A DNA stretch of 57,109 nucleotides, counting the filler, from Dugesia japonica (Eukaryota), in the NCBI GenBank assembly GCA_001938525.1. It is 5 parts of 5 records of this genome, joined end to end, with 100 filler letters (N's around TTAATTAATTAA, not from the genome) between each part and the next. Parts side by side here need not be neighbours in the genome. Positions count along the whole stretch, not along the records: positions 25,464 to 39,555 come from MQRL01626770.1; positions 39,656 to 48,725 come from MQRL01533330.1; 3 more parts are not named here. One strand, given 5' to 3'. Position 1 is the first letter of the stretch. Each line of letters starts with the position of its first letter. Made by a program: the position numbers and the translations under genes. Below the pieces are notes generated by a model, which had not been told where the DNA came from, did not search any database, and worked only from the letters and a program-made list of their open reading frames with translations. Positions 26,956 to 40,430 of the stretch are shown in pieces.

Positions 26956-29900
26956 CTGAAAAAGTAAAAATATTAGTCCCATTTCATATAATATACTAAG
27001 GCACAGAAAAAATCTCCAAAAAGCTAAAAATATAATTTATGTATGCAAAATCCATTTCATTTTTAAATAAATTAATGTAATAAATTAAAATTCATACGAA
27101 AATACCCAGAATACTTTTAGTCGGTGGTCAGCAATAATTGTTCGATGCAATATATTCAGTGAAAAAGAATTTCTAACAATATTAATAAGAAATTTATTAC
27201 TAATAAGACATTGTAAGTACTCCTTAAGTAACATTAATTAATAGATGCTGATTTAAAAGAAATATGTATAAAATATGTATAAAACCAAAAGAGATGAAAA
27301 TTAAACAATTTCATTATCNAAAAAAAAAAAGAATTGCAAAACTCGAAAATTTCATTTATTTCATTTTGAGGTAAATAATCAATGTAAAGTTTACTAATAT
27401 TAAATATTCTTTCAATTATGTTACAAATATTTTAACAGTTAATGAAATAATCTGTAAAATTCAATCACTAATATACTCGGTGTCGGTTTAGAGGCTGGCG
27501 AGGTGTGGCGGCGTTACATGGCGCAAAATAAACTAGGGGCAACGAAGGCGGCCTAACTTTCTTAGAATATTTTTTAAGACTCTCATATATACACGTAATA
27601 TTGATACACAAGAAATACATTGCACCTTTCCCATATTCAACATACGTATCATATAAAATAACTTTTTGGCCTAAACGTTGGAGAAATATTTCAAGTATAA
27701 GCGCGCTCTTTCTTTGATCATAAAACTGCGCGCATTCCAACAATTTTATAACAATGAATTGCTTTTCGGAGAAGTAAATATGAATGTAGAATTATTGAGA
27801 AATGAAAGCCAAAAAAATGTCATGAAAATAATTTACGACCCTTAATTATTATGAATTATGTATTAATTCTATGTTTATTACTGTTTTTTAAAGTTAATAT
27901 TAACTATACTGGGCGGCTGAAAAAAATTTCCCTAGTGCGCCGTAGAAGCTAAAGCTCGCACGGAATACACTTAACATAGTAAGTGAATTTGCTTTCATTA
28001 AACTTATAAATTAAATTTATAAATTCTGAATTTAATAAAAAAATTTGAAACCTTTAATAATGTTAGGCATTCACACACATAATTTGTAAATTTTCAGTAA
28101 GTGTACTGTTTGAAAGGAAATATTTTGAAAAATGTTTAAAAATTTTTCGTTTTTCCGCTTCAACATTATTGATTCTCACGACCCTGGATTGTATATCTTA
28201 TTAATAAAATCGGATTACATCATACGCACTTTTAGTACTGAATTGCACTACATTTTTTACTTTTAAGTCATTGAGAAACCATTAGTAAAGAACATTTTCA
28301 AAATATTTGTATTAACTATAGCTAATTCTGTCTAACTCGATTTTATTGGAATAAAGAGATATAATGCAGATTAAAGGAATTTCTATTATTATTACCTCCA
28401 AGATATTTTAATTTTATTATGAGGTCGATTTTTGATTGGTTTAGGTGGGTTTTGTACAAAGTTTCCTCGGTAAGGTTGAATGAGGTCAATTTTTGGCTGC
28501 ATCATATGAATTTTGTCCAATATTTCCTCGGGATCGCTCGGTTTGGGTAATTTTTTGGGTGATTTGGTCGAATATTTTATCGGGATTGGTCAGTTTGGTT
28601 CATTTTTGAACGATTTGGATGAAATTTTCCTCGGAAATAGTCAATTTGGGTCAGTTTTGGATAATTTGATCAATTATTTACTCGGTTTAGGTAATATTGG
28701 TCAATGGTTAACTTGATTAATTTTTTGGGTGAATTTGGTTAATAATTTACTCGGGACTGATCAATTTGGGTAATTTTAGGGTAATTCGGTCAATTATTTC
28801 CTCGGGTTTGGTCAATTTTGGTCAGTTTTGGACGATTTAGTCAATTATTAAATCACAGTGGTCAGATTTTGGTTGACAGTTGTCAGAAATTGGTTGACAA
28901 TGGTCAGAAATTGATTAAAAGTGCTCAAATTTTGTATGATTCGGTCAATTATTTCCACAGCATGGATAAACTTAGTCAATTATTTACTCATGGTGATTGG
29001 TTTTGGGTGGTTTTGTGAAAATGGTCAATTATTTGCTCACGAGGGTAATTTTAGGTGAATTCGGTCAATTATTTCCTCAGGAATGGTTAATTTGGGTCAG
29101 TTTTGTAATATTTAGTCAACTATTTACCCAGTTAAGGTAATGTTTTTGTTAATTATTTACTTACAAGGAACAGTTTTAGGTGAATTTGAGTGATCATTTT
29201 CTCGGGTTTAGTCCGCTTGGGTTTAATTTTAAGGAAATTCATGATAAAAGTCGAATTTTTTAAAGTTTTTTAAAATTTTTTATTGGAATGTTTTATAGGG
29301 ATCCGGGTAAACCGTTTATGTTGTTTAAATAATATGAAAATTTAAAATTTTTTAAATGAAATTTTTATGGCAGTCTAGGTGGAACGTCTAAATTTTTGAA
29401 AAAATATGTTCTATATTTCAGATTTTAAAGATTTTTATACCAAACTTCTGAGAATTTTACGGCGATCATTTTTCACAAATAAAAATTTTTCAAAAAAGTT
29501 TTACTTCTCAAATAGGTTATAAAAGTGTCTATTCGATAGACAAATTTTCGCTGATTCCAAATATATTAACCTAAAATCGCCAAAGTTAATACTCGATAAA
29601 ATAAATGGGGTTTTGTGTTGAAAAAATCTCAAATTTTGACTTGTTGTACTCAATTTTCTCTGTATGGTTTCTAATTTGGTATTGTTTTACTCGGGGTGAA
29701 AAAGTAACTGTTAAAAGTTAAAATATAGTCTCGAGAAAAATGCTTCCTAACGAAGATGTACAACTGCCCTCCTGGATTTTGGTAACATTTTCCGAAAATA
29801 TCAAAAGTACCTCAAAATTTATCGAACCTGATACTATTCGATAGGAACTTTAACGGTGAGTACGAATAACACAGTTAAAATTACCAAACCTTATAGATAA

Positions 29901-32900
29901 AAAGTTATATTGAAAAAAACAAGTACTTAATTTGGGAGTCCCGGAGGAACATAAAAATATAATAATTTATTCGGTAAGGTCAATTTTGGGTATTTTTTTA
30001 GATGAATGTAGATGAAATTTTATTCTTCACCTGTCCTCAGTTATCAGAACTCTCTGCACAAGTGCTCAAACCTCAGAACTCTGCACTCCGTACACAAGAT
30101 TTCAGTTATCAGTGCTCTGCTTACAGTATACTGAATTTTAATTATCAATGGTGTTCTCACTCATTGCAAATCACTGTTGCTGGAATCAAAAATATGATAG
30201 TATAATCGTGTTTATCATATGTATTTTGATGATTTAAAAAATTCGACTTTTATCATGAATTTCCTTAAAATTCAACCCAAGCGGACTAAACCCGAGAAAA
30301 TGATCACTCAAATTCACCTAAAACTGTTCCTTGTGAGTAAATAATTAACAAAAACATTACCTTAACTGGGTAAATAGTTGACTAAATATTACAAAACTGA
30401 CCCAAATTAACCATTCATGAGGAAATAATTGACCGAATTCACCTAAAATTACCCTTGTGAGCAAATAATTGACCATTTTCACAAAACCACCCAAAACCAA
30501 TCACCATGAGTAAATAATTAACCAAATTCACCCAAAAAATTAGTCAAGTTAACCATTACCAAGGAAATCATTGACCGAATTAACATAAAAATTACCCTTG
30601 AGAGCAAATAATTAACCAATTTGTCCATACATAGTAAATAATCGATCAACATTACCCAAACCGAGTAAATAATTGACCAATATTACCTAAACCGAGTAAA
30701 TGATTGATCAAATTGTCCAAAACTGGCCTAATTTGACTATTTACGAGGAAAATTTCATCCAAATCGTCCAAAAATGAACCAAATTAACTATTCCCGAGAA
30801 AATAATAGACCAAATTGTCCAAAACTGACCCAAACCGAGCAATTCCGAGGAAATAATTAACCAAATTCACGCAAAAAATTAACCAAGTTTGTCTAAACCG
30901 AGTAAAAAATTGATCAATTCACCCAAAAATCGCCCAAACCGAACGATCACGAGGAAATATTGGACAAAATTCATATGATCCAGCCAAAAATTGACCTCTT
31001 TCAACCTCACCGAGGAAATTTTGTAAAAAACCCACCTAATACCAATAAAAAATTGATCACATTCGACCTCTCTGGGCAGAAATGCTAAAAGCGGCCAAAA
31101 GTCATTTTTTAAATTATCATTTTTGAATGAGTTTGGTGTTTTTTTTTATCAACTATGGATATTAATTCCTGTTTTATATTTTTTTAATTGAATGATTCTG
31201 TTTAAGAAGTAAAGCGATGATTTTATTGATGGTTAAAAAATTCAAAAAAATGATTTCTTTTTATTATTTTCTCATTTATTTGAGGTTTTAAATTTGTTAT
31301 TATTAAATGATATTATTTGTTTAAATAATTAATAAATAATTAATAATAAATCATTTTTGTTTAAATAAATAATTATGGAAAGCTCAAGTCTTTTAACTGA
31401 CAACCACGCCAAAATAAGTGTAAAAAAAGATGATCGCCAGAAGATTTTTGCAAAGCCACCATCTTCAACACAAGAATTGCATATCCCAAAACCAAGTTTC
31501 TTCGCGGGTTCATCTGAAGCAGCTGATGAATGGATATAGATGACAAAAGAATTTGCTATGTTTAATCAAATGGAGTTATCATTTGGGTTGGATATGTTAA
31601 TGAGACGAGATGCGAAAGAATTAGTGGTGGAAAAATGGAAAAAGATTTAATTTTGACGAACGAGGTCTGAGAAAAATGCTTTCGCGAGTCATTTGTGATT
31701 TCAGAGACACTGTTGTATAAAATAACACTTTTATCGAAGATCAAACAAAACTCAACTGAAAAATATCGTAATTTCTGATTAAGAGTCAGAAAAATAGTAA
31801 AAAAAAGTTTATGCGAGTAAAAAAACTATAGATGAAATTGCAACAATATTTGTAATTAATGGCGTAAGGAGTGAAAAATTGAAAGAATCTTTTGTTCTTT
31901 TACCAGAACTTACTGATATGCAAAGACGAAAATTAGCCAACAATTCGGATAAATAACCAACATATTCTATTAATGTGATATAAAACAGCTATGCGATACT
32001 GTGAAGAAGAATGATTATCAGTCAAAGTTTTGTAAAACTCATCCACGAATGAATACTCAAAATGATTCAAGTACAAGAAGTCGGCCAATTGTTTTCAAAG
32101 AGGATCAGTATCGAGCAAATGAAATTCAAAACCAAAAACGGGCCCAAAACAATAGATTTCCTCGATACTCCATGAAGTGTATTGCCAATAAGCTTTATTA
32201 CAAAGCCCAAGGAAAAAATTCTCGAGAGAAGGTTTAGCACCGGGATCATGTTTTTTGCTGTGGAGATATAAGCCATAGAAGAATGAATTGTCCATTACAA
32301 GACAAATGTTTAATATGTGGAAAAGAAGGTCATAATTTTCGAGATTGTTCACTAATTCGATAAAGAAATTCTACATTTGCGAAAATTTTGTGTATTGCAG
32401 AAGATGATGTTATCTTAAAGTGGTGAACAAATTGAATATATATACGATGTTCCTTCAGACGATGATAAAAAACGATCAGCAACCCACTACATCCATCTTT
32501 CCAGTGAGGTTGCAATAACAGAGAAAATACTGAGAAATGAAAAATTGATGTTCGATGGTAAGATGTTTCAGGAGAGAAATGGAAGAGAATGAAGTTTATT
32601 GCGTTACAATGGATATGATATTGAGATGTTGTGGGATTCAGGAGCAGCAATATCAGTTATGGTGCGGATATGTGGAAAAGAATTGGATCACCTGATTTAT
32701 CGTCGCTACACATTATTCTAGCAAGAGTTTTTTCTGAAAAAAGAGAACATTGTACCGGGAAAACTAAACTGAAATTACAATGGAATGGGAAGGGAATAAA
32801 GAAAGAAGTAATAATTGTTAGAAATATTTCACCCAAATTTATCGTAGGTATTGATATGATAAAGCTATTTGGAATGAAAATTACTGAAGTTGGTTTTATT

Positions 32901-35900
32901 AACTCAAACGATGGAAATCTATTTTTTAGATAATACAGAAAGAGTGAAAAATGACTTTAATACTTCAAATAATGTCAGTCAAGAAGTAAGAGAAATGATA
33001 GAAACTTAAAAAGATATATTTATGGCATCAACATGTGATATTGGATATACGAAACTAATGCAGCATCACATTGAAACGACATGACCTCCAATAATGATAA
33101 ACCCGAGAAGACAGCAATGCACTTGGAAAATAGATTGATGAATTGTTAGAAAATCAAATATTATAAGTTGCAGAATTCCACGGAATTCTCCATTGGTAAT
33201 TGTACCAAAGAAAGATGGGACGATAAGAATGTGTCTTGATCTTCGGAAATTGGATTCAATTACAGAAAAGTATTCGTTTCCAGTTCCAGATATTCAATTA
33301 TTATTAGATACGCTTGAAGGATCAGTTTTATTTTCTTCTTTAGATTTAGAGCAAGCATATCATCAAATTGAACTAAGCGAAGAATCAAAGCAGAAGACGC
33401 TTTTAGTACAAATATAGGTCAATTTTGTTTTAATCGAATGCCCTTTGGGTTATGTACTGCACCAGCAACATTTCAAAACTTGATGCACAAAATATTTGAA
33501 GGAATGTTGTACAAAGAAGTATTAGTATATTTGGATAATATTTTAATATATGGTGAAACTAAAGAGGAGCACGACAAACGAGTTGGTAAAGTTTTTTAGC
33601 TTTTAAAAGATGCGGGTTTAAAAATAAATTCAAGTAAATGTGTGTTCAATCCCAAGAAGCTGTAATTTTTAGGACATACAATTAACGCTAAAGGTGTAGA
33701 GACAAATGATGAAACCATCAAAAAAATTAGAGAAGCCGTAACGCAAAATTGCGCCACCTAAATACGAGCGTTCTTAGGATTAACAAATTATTACAGGCGT
33801 TTCATAAAAGATAAGGTTTTACTTGCAGCACCAAAATATGCAAAGACGACAGAACAAGAAAAGAACATTGAATGAACAAAAGAATGTGAGGATAGTTTAC
33901 AATCTTCGAAGATAAAATTGTGTGGTGCTCCGATTTTGACTTTCCCAAATAATAGGGCGAAATGATATTGGATACTGATGCTAGTTTCGGAGCAATTGGA
34001 AGGGGATTTGATTTAACTAACGGATAATGGATTGGAACAGGTCATAGAATATGGATCTCAAACTTTAAACAATCACGAAAAGGGATATTGTGTTACTCGC
34101 AAGGAATTATTAGCACTGCATGAGTTTATGATATATTTTAAACACTATTTGTATGGAAAGAAATTTAGAGCAAGAATGGATAATAAGGCATAAAAGTTTG
34201 AGTTTGATGATGAGATACTGATTATCAATGATGGAGACAAAAAAAATTGTACTGGCAGTAGAATCGATACCCGACCTTATAGATTTCATACACGATGAGT
34301 TATGTCATGCCGTAGACCAAAAACTGACGGAATATTTGAGTGTAAGTTATTTTTGGCCAAATATGCAAAGAAATGTAGAACATCAACTAATAAAATGTAT
34401 TATATGTAACATGCGTAAAACGTATACTGGGCGAACAAAAGAAATTTTTATTCCAAGAACAGAATTTGGGTCATTAAAACAGGTTATCATGGATATCGCT
34501 TACTTTCCAGAAATGAAAACCAAAAAGAAAAATGTTATCGTCTATGTTATCGGTATAGTAAGTTAGTGTCATTCTTAGCGTTAAGTAAACAGGGTGAAAC
34601 ATCGGTAGTTGAGGCAATAAAGGAAAACTGGATATATCGTTTTGGTAAGCCAAAATTATTTTTGACAGACATAGCAAATATTTTTGAGAGAAAGTTAATG
34701 CGGTCACTTGTAGAGAAGTTTGGGATTCAACAAGGATTTTCGCCCCCATACCAACATCAATCAAATGGTTTAGCAGAAAGAAATATTAGAACATTGCGAG
34801 ATATGATGGTACCAACGATAAAGAACGACTGCACGGAATCAGGTTGAGACAAATTACTTCCACGAATTCAGTTTGTAATAAATGCAATACAACAAAAATC
34901 GACTGGTCTATCTCCTTTTGAAATTATTTTTGGAAGAAGAATAGTCTTACACGGATTACCACAAGAAGGAAATCCAAAACACGAAGAAATGAAAATTTAC
35001 AGATGAAAATTTACAGAAAGCATTTCAAAAATTAAGCAAATACGAATGTGAAAAGCGAACGNCCAGACATTTTGAAGAATGGGAAAAAGTATTAATGAAA
35101 GTAGAACCACACAAGTTAAAGAAAGAAGATTTCAGGTATGAAGGCCCTTACAAAATTAGTAAATTTATAAGTCCACATCAGGTGCTTATGAATTATGCAG
35201 GACAGCTTAAACTCAGAAGACTTGAATGGCTGAAAAAAATTGAAAATGAAAATTAGAAAGAGAGAGAACAGTTATAAATCATTTATAAAATGATATAAAG
35301 TTTTAAATTTGTTATTATTAAATGATATTATTTGTTTAAATAATTCATTATTAATCAATAGTTTTTTTTTAAATAAATAATTATGGAAAGTTCAAGTCTT
35401 TTAACTTTTGAGATTTTAGGGAATAAATGAAGCAAAAATTGATACCTTATATAATATAATGTTTAATCTTATTCTAATTCTTATTTTAAAAATATAGAGT
35501 TCAGTTTTTTAAAAACAGTGAAAAATTTTTTTTGAGTCTTTAATAAAAATGATCTTATAGTAAGAAATAACCATAAAAAATTTTCAAAAAAGATTATCTC
35601 ATACACACACCATGAATTAAGAGCAGAATTTTATTTTTTAGTTTTAATAATACTCTTTAAAATCCACGTAGATACTCACAAATTCAATTTTATGATTTAA
35701 AAGATATCTAAAAATTTTTTAAAATATAATATTATGTAAGGTATCAATTGCTGCTTCAATGTTTCGCTAAAATTTGAGATAAAGGAAAAAATAATTTTAA
35801 AAATTCATTTTTTTTGAATTTTATAGCCTGCTTCAAATAAATTATCGTTTTATTTCTATATTATTCAATTAAAACATGCATAAAACATGTATTAATATCC

Positions 35901-36499
35901 ATAGTTGATAATAAAAAACGAAAATTAATTCCAAAAATGACTTTTGGTCACTTTTATAGCATTTCTGCAACTGTGTATTAATAATTACAAATACATTCAG
36001 AACTTCAAAATTTCAGAATTTAATTTAAAACAGTCATGTTTTTTATTCAGTTATTTTTTCATTAATTTATAACCAGCTTAACAATAATTACCTGGATGTG
36101 GGCGTATAAATGGTCCATCAGGAGTGTGAATTACCCCAATCAATATAAAAGCTAATATGACAGCTGAAAGACCTCTAAATTAAAATCAAATTACTTAATT
36201 ACTTTCAAAAATATCTACCTCTGAAGATTATCTTCAGCAGTATAAAATTGATTATCAAAAACTGCTTCACATAATAGTAAAAAAGAAAATATTATCAAAA
36301 CTGTTATTGTGTGAGCATTCCTAAAACCATTAACTCAAGATAAAAAGAAAATAATATACCAAAAAAAAGATAATGAGCCATCATCAAAGAAACTTTTCAA
36401 TCTATTTTTTTCTTCTTCCCAATCATAAGCAGTTTTTAAAGTATACCTTGAAATTTCTTTTTCAAAGTTGATTTCTTTAGAATGCTTTTCTTCGGACAT
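26956..36499 (-). CDS. PTDSS2: Phosphatidylserine synthase 2-like, 5' part; exons 36499-36360, 36320-36219, 36174-36092, 27023-26956
   Basis: Spliced frame reads DDGSLSFFW|NAHTITVL...NLQR|GLSAVILAFILIGVIHTPDGPFIRPHP|AFWRFFLCLSILYEMGLIFLLFQ, matching PTDSS2 motifs DDGxxxFFWxAHT and DGPFxRPHPAxWRF. GT-AG introns are 39, 44 and 9068 nt. Later exons not found. Confidence 0.93.
27478..27963 (+). mobile_element. Non-autonomous hAT element
   Basis: 8-bp TSD AATATACT / AATACACT (7 of 8 match); imperfect TIRs CGGTGTCGGTTTAG / CCGTGCGAGCTTTAG; weak RSF..KT dimerisation-domain trace. Confidence 0.7.
28420..31060. mobile_element. Foldback-like element: ~0.83-kb inverted arms built of ~20/40-bp subrepeats
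   Basis: 28420-29265 is inverted relative to 30232-31050. Subrepeat TTGGTCAATTATTT.CTCGG. A related fragment lies at ~1900-2010. Confidence 0.8.
29440..29945 (+). repeat. Dispersed non-autonomous repeat, reverse copy at ~48840-49440
   Basis: Shared GCTGATTCCAAATAT.TTAACCTAAAATCGCCAAAGTTAAT, AAAATGCTTCCTAAC and GGGAGTCCCGG. Confidence 0.8.
31070..35973. mobile_element. ~0.78-kb palindromic MITE interrupted by the Gypsy element
   Basis: GCAGAAATGCTA...CCAAAAGTCATTTTT...TTATCAACTATGGATATTAAT at ~31076 is inverted at 35890-35968. The left arm resumes at 35407. Confidence 0.75.
31283..35406 (+). mobile_element. Near full-length decayed Ty3/Gypsy LTR retrotransposon (family B)
   Basis: LTRs at 31283-31398 (internal deletion) and 35270-35406 (AGTTA...TAACT); TSD TTTG; PBS TGACAACCACG; gag with two CCHC knuckles; WDSG protease; RT (CLDLRKL, MPFGL, YLDN); RNase H (DTDAS); integrase (SNGLAER); GPY; PPT GAAAGAGAGAG. 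Confidence 0.95.
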
Positions 36500-37979
36500 T
36501 TAAGCCTAAAATTTATATCCAATAAGTAAAGTATTAACGTTTTCATTTGTATAAATTATTTAATTTAGATAAATTTATTAAAATTACTACCTATTAAGAA
36601 TGTCACGTGATATGTAATTTTAAAATTATACGTGAAATTTGTTTACACAGTTATTAAGTAAAGACTTATTAAAAGAAATTTTAAACTTAACATTTTGTAC
36701 TTTAAATCTTTTTTAAAGTTTCAGTTATTAGAAAATAATTCTTGCTTTAAACTTACATTTTTCATATCATGAATTCATGAAAAATATTTNNAAAAAAAAT
36801 AAATATTCTACAAATATTTAATTGAATATTCACGTGACATTTGCACTTTAGGAGCTCATATCCATTCTTCCTTAATTTTGTGCCGCATAAAACATACGAC
36901 CGATTATTCGGCATATTGAAACAATTAATTTAAAATTGACAAACAAAAGTCTTATTCAACGCTCAACCGTAAGTATCTCTGTCGAATTTTAATTGAAATG
37001 TAGAACTTTTTAGAAAATGATATTACTAATTCTACAGCTCAAAGATATCTTGATCTTTTGGATGATTTACTTGAGAATAAAATACTTCCAAAACATTCTC
37101 CAAAATTATATGCAAACATCTGTGAGTCGGATTTTTAAATACAAATGTCAAAAAATGATAGAAAATGCTGAAAAATGCAACAGGAAAAATGGTCATAATG
37201 AAATAAGATAAGTGATAGCATAGCTATTGGTTGAAAACTTAAATAAGTGAATCAAACACAAGTTTTTTTTCTTAATACAGTTCATTTATGGCTTTTATCG
37301 AATTTTGTTTATCTTCTGTTTCTTCCAGTTATTAGTTAGATTTTATATTCTTGTATATTTTCCTTAAAAGAGTAATTGTAAAAGTATCAACAATTTTGCA
37401 GAATACTTTTGACATCTATTGAGTGTGAATTACAAACAACTGAATTAAAAGATATCCCATGGGAAAAATTATTTTTTATGTTACAAATCTTTTATCAATT
37501 AATAGATTTTTAAACAAATTTTAATGTAAAACAAGTACATCCGAATTAGGGCTTTCCGACTGAATTGATTCTGCCCNTTGCTAACTAAATTAAACAGTTA
37601 GAAAAAAAGACTTTTAAGAAAATACACATAACTCTTATATTCAGATAGAAATTGACCATGTATCAACAAATCAAAACATTAAATATTTACAAATGAGATA
37701 AAAATTACTTTCCTAGATTTCTCTGAATCTAATTTCAAATAAAATGAATTTTTCTTGTTAGCTACAATAATTAACTTGAGCTTTTTTTGTTAAACAATAA
37801 ATTATTGTAAAGTTAAACGGTTTTAAGTTATTGTGCCAATAATCTGATAATGATTCTTCTTTATACTTTGACTTCAATTAAAAATTATTTTTGCTATGCT
37901 TATGAGGAAATAATTATTAATTAATAATCGCATACAATAGAAATCGAGGTATCTGAATATTAATATTAAAATTCTTTTC

Positions 37980-39555
37980 TTTCATTTATATTTATCTTAT
38001 CAAACATGTGTTGTAGTAGTAAAATAAATGATGTAAAAAAATATTAGTTTTGATTTGCAAAATGAATTACCAATTGAAGATCTACCTAACATGGTGGAAG
38101 CGGTAAATACCGATTTTATTACGGAGAGGTTATTTCGAATGTGTTTTGCAGAGGATATGATATTGAGAAATACATCAAGCGGTGTGAATTGTATTTTGAA
38201 GCTAAAAACATCACCAATGTGAAACAAGAGGAAAGATTAGTCTCTTGTTTGCTAGATAAAGATTTGTTGGAAGAACATACAAAGACGTTAAAAAAAGTTA
38301 AAGGTTTTCATGCTCGTTTACGTATGGCATTTGAGAAAGAGAAAGATGTTATTAAAGATTTTCAAAATTTGATTAACTACAGGCGTGGAAATGAAGAGAT
38401 TCNNNNNTATTTTAAAAATGTAAAAGATTTAGTAGAAAGATTATTTACAAATAAAATTTTACTGAGGAAAATATGGTAGCAGAGATGCTAGTTTTTTGTT
38501 CAGATAACAAAAATAGTTGAAGAAGTAACTTTGCGAAAACAAGAAAATTTAGAAGAAATTGAAGAAACAATATCGTTAGTATATCGAGTAGAGAAAAACA
38601 GAGATAAAGTCAATGCAGTTAGAAGTTACGCGAGAGTTACAAGTCGAAATTATCAGAAACCAGTTAATCATACTGTGAATGTGGAGCAAAGAAAAGAAAA
38701 ACATAATATCGAATGTTGGTTATGCCATAAGATCGGTCATACTATAGCAAATTATCCGACAAAAAAAATGGTAGAGTGCTGGATTTGTCATAAAAAAGAA
38801 CATATAAGTCGAGATTGTCCAAATAGAAAACCAACAAAATGTTTTGGTTGTGGTAAGATTGGCCATATTAAAAGATTATGTCAGGAAGTGAGGTGTAAAC
38901 GATGTGGTAATGGTGAACATAGAGCAGTAGAGTGCTACACAAACTTGAAAATGAAAAAAACAAGTGAGAAATTTATGACTGCAGAAAGATCAAGAAACAG
39001 ATATAACCGAGTACATGCGATTGAAGACGAAGATGTCTGAACAAACGATGAATATGAGGAAGTATATGAAAGTTATTCCGAAAGGCAGTACCCAAAAGGT
39101 AGGGCTCCGCCAGTAGAGGAGTTGGTTGGAGCCATACATAGTTAAATGAAGTTTGTAATTATCCTCAAAGAGTCGAAAAGTGGGATGATATCGGGATATC
39201 GACAGAAAAGTATACATGTTCTTAAAGAGGAAAAATTTTGCGGATGATAGAAAAGTAGAATGGGTTGAAACATTTGAAGCAGAAAAGAAAAAATATATTT
39301 CGTATCATAAATTGAAAGGCAGTTTAAGTGTTACGATATCAATTCAAGGAAATAAGGTCAAATTTCTATTAGATACAGGGGCTCGAATTAACGTGATGAG
39401 TTTGAGTGGTTGTAATAAATTACGAGAAGTAAATTTAGAAATGAGTGATGAAAGATTGCGTTGTGCAAATAATAGCACATTTGAAATTGTTGGGAAAGTT
39501 AAAACCGGAGTGATAATTGTTGAAGTTTGCAAAGAGGTTACCTTATTAGTTGCTG
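37980..39555 (+). mobile_element. Ty3/Gypsy family A 5' portion: LTR end, PBS, gag (four CCHC-type knuckles), aspartic protease
   Basis: PBS TGGTGGAAGCGGT at 38092-38104; four CX2CX4HX4C knuckles (first degenerate); LLDTGA. Truncated at a spacer; left LTR boundary is approximate. Confidence 0.92.
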
Positions 39556-39655
39556 NNNNNNNNNNNNNNNNNNNNNNNNNNNNNNNNNNNNNNNNNNNNT
39601 TAATTAATTAANNNNNNNNNNNNNNNNNNNNNNNNNNNNNNNNNNNNNNNNNNNN
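39556..39655. other. Artificial scaffold spacer
   Basis: 44N + TTAATTAATTAA + 44N. Confidence 0.97.
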
Positions 39656-40430
39656 ATCGGGCAGTCTTGATATTTTGTAAGATATTTATGCATGTTATGG
39701 GCATTCTTGATATTTTGTAAGATATTATTAAAAGTTATTTATGGGCAGTCTTGATATTTTGTGAGATATTTTTACAAGATATCGGACAGTCTTGGTTGAC
39801 GCATTATTGATTATTTCTTTATATTTTACTTTAGATGGGACAGTCTTGATATTTTGCAAGGAATGGACAGTCTAAAATTCCCAGGCATGTGATTTTCAGT
39901 GCATGTGTTGCAGTCTTGTGGCATTTGACTTGCATACATTATAAAAAAATAATAAAAATTCCCAGGCACGTGTGGCTGTATTGCATTCATATTGCATCAA
40001 TATTGCATTCAGTATTAAAACATGGAGGTGGTCTTGATATTTTTTTATATCATTGCAAGATATTAGACAGTCTAAAATATATCTATCGAAAAACTTCAAA
40101 GAGGGGAGTGTTTGAGATATTTACATGATACAATATTCAAATTAAAACTTTTCTTTACAAAATGATAAAAAACAATGAACTTTTTTCATAAAAAAAACAT
40201 ATAGGTCATGCAATTTTTAATGGAAAGTCTCATTAGTGTTGCAATTTTTAATGAAAAATCTCATTGACGATGCAATTTGAAATAATAAAATTACATAACC
40301 GTTGCAATTTTTAATAAACAATCTCTTTAGGTTTACAATTTTTAATAAACAATCTCATTAGCGAAGCAATTTTCCATTAAAAAACATATTGAGAATGCAA
40401 TTTATCCGAATAAAACATATTGGTGATGCA
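39656..40430 (+). repeat. Maverick-end-type subterminal repeats
   Basis: GGGCAGTCTTGATATTTT units as at 47965-48145 and 57070-57090, then ~30-bp CTCATTAG.G.TGCAATTTT units as at 53805-53925. Confidence 0.65.

Noticed and set aside
28513-29018. G/L/N-rich ORFs
   Set aside because: Translations of foldback subrepeats.
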